Shown one piece after another: positions 56,301 to 64,000 of a stretch of 64,000 nucleotides of DNA. Position numbers and translations under genes: made by a program. Positions within the stretch are counted from its first letter, which is position 1, and each line of letters starts with the position of its first letter. The DNA lies in the NCBI GenBank assembly GCA_001724265.1, contig MEDY01000119.1, positions 1 through 64,000 of the forward strand. The letters run 5' to 3'. Source of the DNA: Rhizaria sp. SCN 62-66 (taxonomy: Eukaryota). The notes under the pieces were generated by a model that saw only the letters and a program-made list of their open reading frames with translations, was not told the DNA's origin and made no database searches.

Positions 56301-59300
56301 GCTGCCGCGCCGGCCGCTAAGCGCACCGATGAGGCCAAGGCGGCTGAGCATGCCTCTGGCGAGGCTGGCCACACCGACGAAAACGGGAGCGAGGAAGATG
56401 ACAAGCCTTACTCTCCTGGCACTGGACCTGTTATCTCACAGGCCCAACTTTATGACACTTTTCAGGCTGGCAAGTCCCCCGAACAGACTCTCGGTGCTAT
56501 CCACCACCTGCACATGTCGCGCCAGTCGCTGGTGCCAGCGGGCATGCACATGAGCTCCTTCGAGGCGCACTCGCGCGTGGCGGGCGAGCTTCTCTCCGCC
56601 GCCGTGAGCTCTATCTCGCGCCAGAGCGAGGCCGTCACGCTCAAGCTGCGCGCGCTGCTCTCGCACCAGCCGCCCGCGCGTCTGCTTGCGGCCGCCGAGC
56701 TGCCCCTGGACTGGACCGCGGCTCGCCTAGTCGGTCCCTCTGACAGCGGCGACGACAAGCAACATGACACTGGCGCTGCAGAGCACCCTGATGCCCCTAC
56801 TGACCCCCGCGACGGCCCCAGCGGCTCTGGTGCTGGCTCTGATGCCAACGCCGCTGGCGCTGATGCTGGCGCTGGCATTGGTGCTACGGCCGCTACTGGC
56901 GCCGGTGCCGGTACCCGCACTGCTGCTGATAGCAAGGCGCGGCGCAGCACTCTGTCCGAGGACACAATCCGCCGCCTTGTCTACGAGACTGGCGCGGGCC
57001 CCGACGCGCTAATGCACGTGCTGGCGATCGCGGCCGACCATCAGGCCGCTGCCGACGCGCGCGCGCTTGCCCGCGCGCGCTCGCGCACCAAGTCCCGCAC
57101 TGGGCGGCTGTCTTCGGACGCGCCGTTCAGCAACAAGGCTGTCGACGAGGGCGATGAGGCCGCGGGCGACGACGACGACGCCAAGTCGCGCGACCTGGGT
57201 GACGTCGCCGACGGGCGCCGCTCGCGCACGATGTTCAGTGCGCGCCGCCACGCGGTCTCCACGTCTGCGCTCGATAACAGCTCCGAGATGAACGAGAACG
57301 ATATGGACAGCTCGCGCACGTCGCCCGCTGCGTCCCCCGCCCCCGGCGCTATGTCGCGCGCAATGTCGTCGGCATCTTTTGCGGAAAGCGACGAGTCAGG
57401 CATGGTCTACTACCCGCCGCGCTTTTCCTCGGTTGACGAGCTCGTGCGCGCAGTGCGCAAGGAGCACCGCAGCTACGTTGCGGGCCGCCGTGGATCATCC
57501 CACATGGCTGCTGCTGCTGCCGCGCTGAGCCAGGCGGACGGCGACGGCGACGGTGACGCCGCCGGCGATGCTGACGTCCCTCCGGATGCGGCAGACGCCA
57601 AGGACCGCACGAGCTCCCGCGCGACGGCGACGAGCGCGCTCCTGATGGAGCCGCTGCCGCTGCCGCAGGTGGCTGCCGACGATGCTGAGTCAGAGTCGGA
57701 AGAAGCTGCCGCGGCTGCAGCCGCCGCAGCCGCTGCTGCTGCCGCTGCTGCGGAGGCTGCTGAGGCTGCCGAGGTCAAGGCAGGCTCAAACGAGGCTGTG
57801 TCTGTTGAGGCCGACGCGTGGACGTGCCCTTACCTTGTCAGTGCGCGCGACCGCGCGGAACTGGAGTCGTTCCTCAACTCGCCCGCCGACTGCCCGCTGC
57901 TCACGCTGCCCGCTGCGCCCGCCGGCGCCGCGCGCGTGTCTCCCGCGGCAGTCGCGGCGATCATCGGCGCTGCGGGCCCCGGCCGTTCCGCCATGCGGCT
58001 GCTGCGCGAGCTGCAGGACTCGGGCGCGACCTTCTTCGCGCTCGACGACCTCACGCGCGCAGTGGGCCACGCGCGGGAGCGCGCGCACGCGGGGCTCAAC
58101 GCCACGATGTCCGCGGCCGGCGTCACCACGGCCGCCGCCGCCACGGCCGACGCCAGCGCTGCGGAGGCCCAGGCCGGTGCCACGGCCGCAGGCTCTGGCG
58201 TCGGCGTGTTGCTCGACACCGTCGGCGTCGATGCCGATGCGCTGCTGCCCGCGGCGCTGGCGCGCGCGACGGCGGCGCAGGCTGCGGCCACGGGCAACAC
58301 CACGCTCACGGTTGCTGCCGCGGTTTCCGTGATGAGCCCTGCGGACGTGCGCGCCGCCACAGCCGTTGCTGCCGCCGACGCGGAGCTTCTTCGTGCAGTG
58401 CAGCGCGACCGCGCGCTTGCAATGCTGTCCGGCACCGCGAAGCCCAGCTTGACGACCGCTGCGACTGGGTCGACCGCAAAACAGTCCGAAAGCACTGTGG
58501 TACTTGCTGCGCTGCTGCGTTCGTCTTCCGACTCGGCCACACCGGCGCTCGAAGTCACAGAGCACCAGATCTCGCAGCTCATCGATGCCGGCGGCAGACT
58601 CGAGGAGACGCGTCTGGTCTCTGACATGACTCAGCGCCTCCAGGCCGCCGTTGCCACGCCGGGCGCCCTCCCCGGCGGTGTGGATCCCGACGCGGCGTTC
58701 GCGGTCGCCCTCGCCGCCGCGGCCGCGCTGCCTGACGCCGCGTCTGCTGGAGCCGCGCGCGAGGCTGTGCTGGCCGCACGGCGTGCCGCGCTTGAGGGCG
58801 TCGTTCTGGCGCCAGTTGCCGGCAAGACGTGGAGTCTGCGCCGTATGGAGGAGTTTGCGCGCGCGGGCCGCAGCTTCGACGACGTGGGCCAGCTCCTCGA
58901 CGCGCTGCACGAGGCCGCCGACGCTGCGGCCGCCGATATCGCCGCCGTCATGGCTGCTCTCGATGCGAGTGGCAAAAACAGCGGCCTCAACAAAGCTATT
59001 GACGAACACAAGGACGGCGATGGTGACGCTGACGCTGATGAGGAGACCAAGAAGGCGCGCACGCTGGGCAACATCGCCGTAGCGCCTCGCGCGCTGCTGC
59101 CTTTGCGCTGCCGCCGCTCGTCGGCCTTTTCCGATGCCGCGAGCCCGGCAGGAAAGCAGGCCGCGGACGCCGACGCTGCGCATGAGGGTGCGGATGTTGT
59201 TGGCGATGCAGAGGCTCTCTTGTTCTCACAGCAGGAACACGAAGACGCGATTGACTCTGCCGCGGCGGCCACGCTGGACCCTTTTCTGGCGGCTGAGCTG

Positions 59301-62300
59301 GTGGAGCTGTCTGGCGCTGGTTCTGAGACGCCTGCGCTGCTACGCGTGCTGGCAACAGGCGCGCACGACAACCCCCGCGTCTTTGCGCTCCAGCGCAAGA
59401 GCACAAGAAACAACAACAAGAAGAACAGCGACGATAATGTCGTTGCTTCTGCTAGTACTGCTTCTGCTGAAAGCGCTAGTGCGGCATCCCTTGATGACCA
59501 GGGGCCTCTGTTCGCGACCGTGGAGGATCTGGCCGCGGCCGTGCGCGAGCTGCACCAGGCCGCGCTGCGGCACGGCCCACGCGAGGAGGAGGTGGACGCG
59601 CTCGCGCTGTTCCTTAAATCGGCGCACTGCGAGCTCTTCCTACCCCGTTCGCTGGCACAGGCCCGCGAGGCAGAGCTGCGCGACAGCCACGGTTGCGCCT
59701 CCGTGAAGCGCCACGAGCCCGCAGGCGCCAGCGCGCAGCTGCGTCCCGCACGGCACCTCGGTTCGCTACTGCCTGCTTCCGATGCTGACGCAGAGGCCGA
59801 GGCCGCTGACGCCGCTGCCGAGGCCGCAGCTGAGAACGAGGCTGCTAGTCCAGGCAACATGGCCTCGATGCCGCGTCGCATGACTCCCTCCGTGACCACC
59901 CCGTCTGGGCGGTCCCGCTCGACTGCCATCATGCCGCAGTCCCCGCGCGAGCTCCTCGCCGCGAAGCGCCGCGGCGTCTTTTTTGCCCCCGACGCGATCG
60001 CGAGCGCCGCCGATGACGATGAGGGCGCTGGCGCTAGAAACGGCGACGACATCGAACTGGCACACTTGATGCAGCCCGCAGGACTCCAGCTTGTGCGCGC
60101 AATCACGCGCGACCGCGGGGCGCTGCGTGCACTGCTCAATGCCGCCAACCCAGTCCTTGCTGCACGCGCGCTGCGCCTGGCCGCCGGTGCCGAGACCGAG
60201 TCCGGCCCTAGCTCTGCCCTGAACAGCTTTCACAAGGCGGACTGGGTGCGCCCCGCGGTGATGCTGCTGTCCTTTCTCGATGGCTCCTGCGGACTGCGTC
60301 TTGACTCGACTCTGGGCTCTGGTGCTACGGCCGCCGCGCTGACCCGCGCTGCACAGGAAATGGCGCGCGTGCGCCGCCGCCTCTACAACTTCCTTGTTTC
60401 TCCGCGGTGCGTGCTGCTGCGGCGTGGACTGCCCAATGTCTCGTACGAGCTGTCTGAGTACGAGCTTCTGGCCGGCGTGCGCAACAACTCGCGCACCCCG
60501 CAGCCGCTGCACCGCTCGATGGCGCTGGAGGATATGACCCCCGCTTCCTTGCGTCAGCAGCGGCACGCGTCGCTCACCGGCGACGACTCACTGTTACCCT
60601 TGCGCTCCTCGCAGGCTGCGCAGTCGGCGACGGAGAGTATGCCTAATCGGCGCCTGCGCCCCCCTCGGCCAGGCTCCGCAGTTACAACCGCGCCCCCTTC
60701 CTCGGCCTCCGCGACTGCGGTAATTGGGACGGGTCTCGACTCGTCGAACTGCGACGCCGCTGCTGCTGCGGCCGCTGCGCCTCTACTTGGGCTCCCGTTT
60801 GAGGGTTTGAGCGCTGCCGAGGAGCAGATTCGCGCCTCCTCGCTGCGCGTGCTGCTGGCGCCCTCCGTCGCGGCCGTCGTGCCGGCTGATGTGAGCAATG
60901 TCTCGGCTGGCGCACAGTGGATGGCGCAGTCGCTCACGATGGGCGACATCGACTCATTGCTGCTGCACTCAGGCGCGGGCCCCGCCGCGCTGCCGATTGT
61001 GCTGCGCATGGCCGCCGAAGGTCGCTCATTCGCGTCGCTGCGTGCGCTGACGAACGCGGTTGCTGAGGAGCACGCGGCCGACGCCTTCATCCGCCGCGGC
61101 CTGCGCGCACAGCTTGTGGAGCGCCTTGTTGACACGCGCTTTGCTCCTTTCAGCGCGCTGCGTACGGCTTCCACGCCGATCATGCAAGCGCAGCTGCTGC
61201 AACTGTTTGCGCTTTTGCCAGTGCTTACCGGACTTACATTCGCGCCTCTCCCGCTTATCGTACTCACTGAGGGCTTTGACAACAGTGCCAGTAACAGCGC
61301 TGGCAATAGTGCTCCATTCACGTCGATTGACTATGCGTCGATGCCGATGGTGGGTACGACCTCGTGCAAGCACGCTGGCTCCGTCGCCGAGCATTTCTCG
61401 ACCCGCGGTGCGAAGCCTGTATCGTACGCGTCCGTTTCGCTCGAGGCGCGCGGTCGCTACGTGCAGCAGTCACGCGCGCTCCATGGTCTGCTGCGGCTGC
61501 TGCAGATGCAGGGGCAGACGCCGACCTCGTTCACCGAGCTGCTGCGCTGGGCGCGCGACACGACCGCGGAGCTGGTGCTGCGCGACGCGCTGTGCCACCC
61601 CGAGTCGCTGGTGCCCGACGCCGGACTGCGCTACCAAATCTCGCCCACGGGCGCGCTCGCCGTGCCCGCCACACTGCAACAGGCTGAGACGCTGCACAAG
61701 CACTCGGCGCTGTCGCGCCAGCTGACCGCCGCGCTGCTTCGCGCCGCGGGACCCGGCTCTGCACCCGCGTCCGAGTCTGTCGCTGCGCTGCCGCTGCCGC
61801 TGATTCGCGCGCTCGCTGCCGGCGCACAGCTTCAGCGCTCGCTGCTGCTGGCGCAGCGTGCGAAGGAGGCTGGCCGCCGTGAGCGCCACCGTGCGATGTT
61901 TGTGCTGCCGCGCCTTGCTAAGCGTCACCTGCGTCTTTCTAACGCTAATGGCACTGGCGCGAATGTTTCACTGGCTGATGGAGCCGAAAGCGCGGCGAAA
62001 CAGGCTGAGCGCGAGGCTGAGGCCGAGGCGGAGGACGACCTGCACACGATGGATCGTCTGCTCTCGGTGCGCGGCGTGCTGCCATTCTCGGCGCACCTGC
62101 TCGCGAAGCTGGGCAAAGCCGAAGACACTGCCGCGGCAATTGCGCGCGTGACTGCAGCCTCTGCGCCGGAGCAGACGCGTGCCGTGACCACGCAGGCTAT
62201 GATGGAGCAGCTTGAGGTCCAGCTCTCACCGCTGTCTGCTCTTGCTGCACCGCTCGCAATGACAGACACAGCTTTCTTCCGCGCGCTGACTGACCTTACG

Positions 62301-64000
62301 TTCTCGCCTACGTGGCCATACCCGGCATCGAATGAAGAGGAGGCTGTGCTCGGCGTCGCCCCGGCCGACTTTGCAGTCACCCCCGAGGTGTTCCGCACTT
62401 ATCATCGGTCTTTCTACTCGTCGCCGCATTTCTCACTCGACCACGTTGCGCTCTTTGCTCCACCTGAGACGCGCGCCGCCGCCACGGCAGCGGGTGTCTC
62501 GGGCTCTGGCACCAATCCTGGCCCCGACGCTGTCCCTGTAGCCCAGGCTGCTTTTTCGGCGGCCTCACGCAACTCTGCAGTTGTGGCTGCGAACATTGCC
62601 GTGGGCCGCGAAGAGGACTACCTCTGCCAGCTGCGCAGGCTCGCGCAGCGCGGCAAGGTGGCAGCGCTGCTGGTGACACCCGTGGAGTTGTCTTCAGCCG
62701 CTCGCGAGGCCGAACTTTACGTCGGCTACAACGACTTCTACGGCACGTACGCTCGCCAGGAGGGCGAGACGCTCGCGGCCGCCGCCGCGCTTGCTGCGGG
62801 CGCGCCGCTGGACACGCCACCGTCGCTGTCGGTTCCCACGGCTGAGGTCCAAGCCGCGCTCGGCTCGCTCGACGCGCCGCGCACCATGCTGTGCACGACT
62901 GCTGGCTCGCTGGGTTTCGAGGCGCTCTTTTCCCCACTTGCCGCAGGCCGCCGCACGCGCGCCGCGCTCAGCCGCCTGCGCGACCAGATCGCCGCGGTGC
63001 TGCGCGGCGAGCGGCGCTGGGGCATGGCGCAGCCCGGCGCAAACGGTGGCTCCGAGGCAGATGCGGAGGCTGACTCGTTGGTTGTGGTTGTGCGCTCGAG
63101 CGACGACCGCGACCTCATCGGCAACGGTCGAAACAACGCTGGTATGCTTGAGGTTAACCCTGCGCAGCCCATGACTGCATATGCGAATGAGACCCGCCGT
63201 CCGGCGCAGTTCTCGTTCCCGCTCTCCCGCTCGCTTGAGGGCGTGCTGGGCGAGGACTCAGCGATCGTGCGCGACATCGACCACCTGCTGCTCGCTGCGG
63301 GCGGCTCTGTCGAGGAGCTCGCGATGTATCTGACAGAGATCTCGCTGCGGCTTGTGCGTGCGCGCGCTGGCGAGGTCCCTGGCGAGCGCGCCGTGCTCGA
63401 TCGCATGGTTGACGTCTCTGTCGCTTCAGCTGCTGCGGACTCTGATTCTTCTGACCCCGCTAGCGCTGCTTCTGGCTCAGGCACAGGTCGCTTTGCGACG
63501 CATGCAGGTGGCGCGCCGACGGTGGCATCGCTTTCGCGCTCTGACTCTGCACAGAACCACGTTGGAGGTAGAGGCGCAGGCACTGAGTCCTTGGGCGCGG
63601 TGATTGCGGAGGGCGACGAAGATGCTGTTTCGAACGATGGTGACGCGATCGACACCGACAACGCACAACACCCACACAAGCATTCTAAGTCACCTCGGAC
63701 GGATGCCGAAGAGGAATTACCGATGCTGCCCGCGCCGGAGCTTCTGGCTCAGCTGTCGCTGTTTGGCTTCGACTCGCTGCCTCAACTCATCGTCGCCGTG
63801 TCTGCGCAGCGCGCCGCTGCTGAGGCTGCGCGCGCGGAGGCATACACGCAGCTGCACGACCCCACATGCTCGCTGCTCTCGATCCTCACTCCGCAGACCG
63901 CGCTCCCGCTTGACTCGCACGCCCAGCCCAGTGCTGCCCAACAAGAGAGCCCGTCTGCGCGTCTTCGCCCGACACCACCGCGTCCTTCGTCGGCTCCCGG
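50305..64000 (+). CDS. Giant (>4,500 aa) helical-repeat protein of unknown family, 3' end outside the window
   Basis: Inferred exon 1 at 50305-50334 and intron 50335-50489 (GTAAGT...TTGCAG). From 50490 the frame shows no stop to the window end (no track ORF ends in it). Protein-like translation with a recurring motif set. Confidence 0.85.

Noticed and set aside
1-64000. CRISPR arrays, rRNA genes or intact transposons
   Set aside because: No repeat-spacer array, rRNA-like sequence, transposase/reverse-transcriptase motifs or terminal repeats seen.

Overview
Gene-dense eukaryotic nuclear DNA from an unidentified protist-like organism. Exons are very GC-rich; introns (113-200 nt, GT-AG) and intergenic spacers are more AT-rich. 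I can support 14 protein-coding genes and one tRNA-Leu(UAA). Genes recognisable by motif: CBP3/UQCC1, WRAP73/WDR8, a DUF2431/BMT5-like methyltransferase with zinc fingers, CLPTM1, a BACK-domain membrane protein, PIG-U, a group X phosphofructokinase, QCR6 and a giant CLC. The rest are three low-complexity proteins, a small single-TM protein and a >4,500-aa protein built from an unrecognised repeat. Most other ORFs in the track are antisense or off-frame shadows. Lead observation: two long genes are each interrupted by one in-frame TAG in a glutamine context (28925-28927 and 38549-38551, the latter inside a poly-CAG run). None of the 12 genuine terminators is TAG (9 TGA, 3 TAA). This suggests UAG is read as Gln, by reassignment or readthrough, while UAA and UGA stay stops; errors or nonsense alleles are not excluded. 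Also notable: a CLC lacking both the gating Glu and the central Tyr, a PFK with altered active-site motifs, and a possible histone H3-tail mimic. All homology calls come from my own motif recognition, with no database searches.
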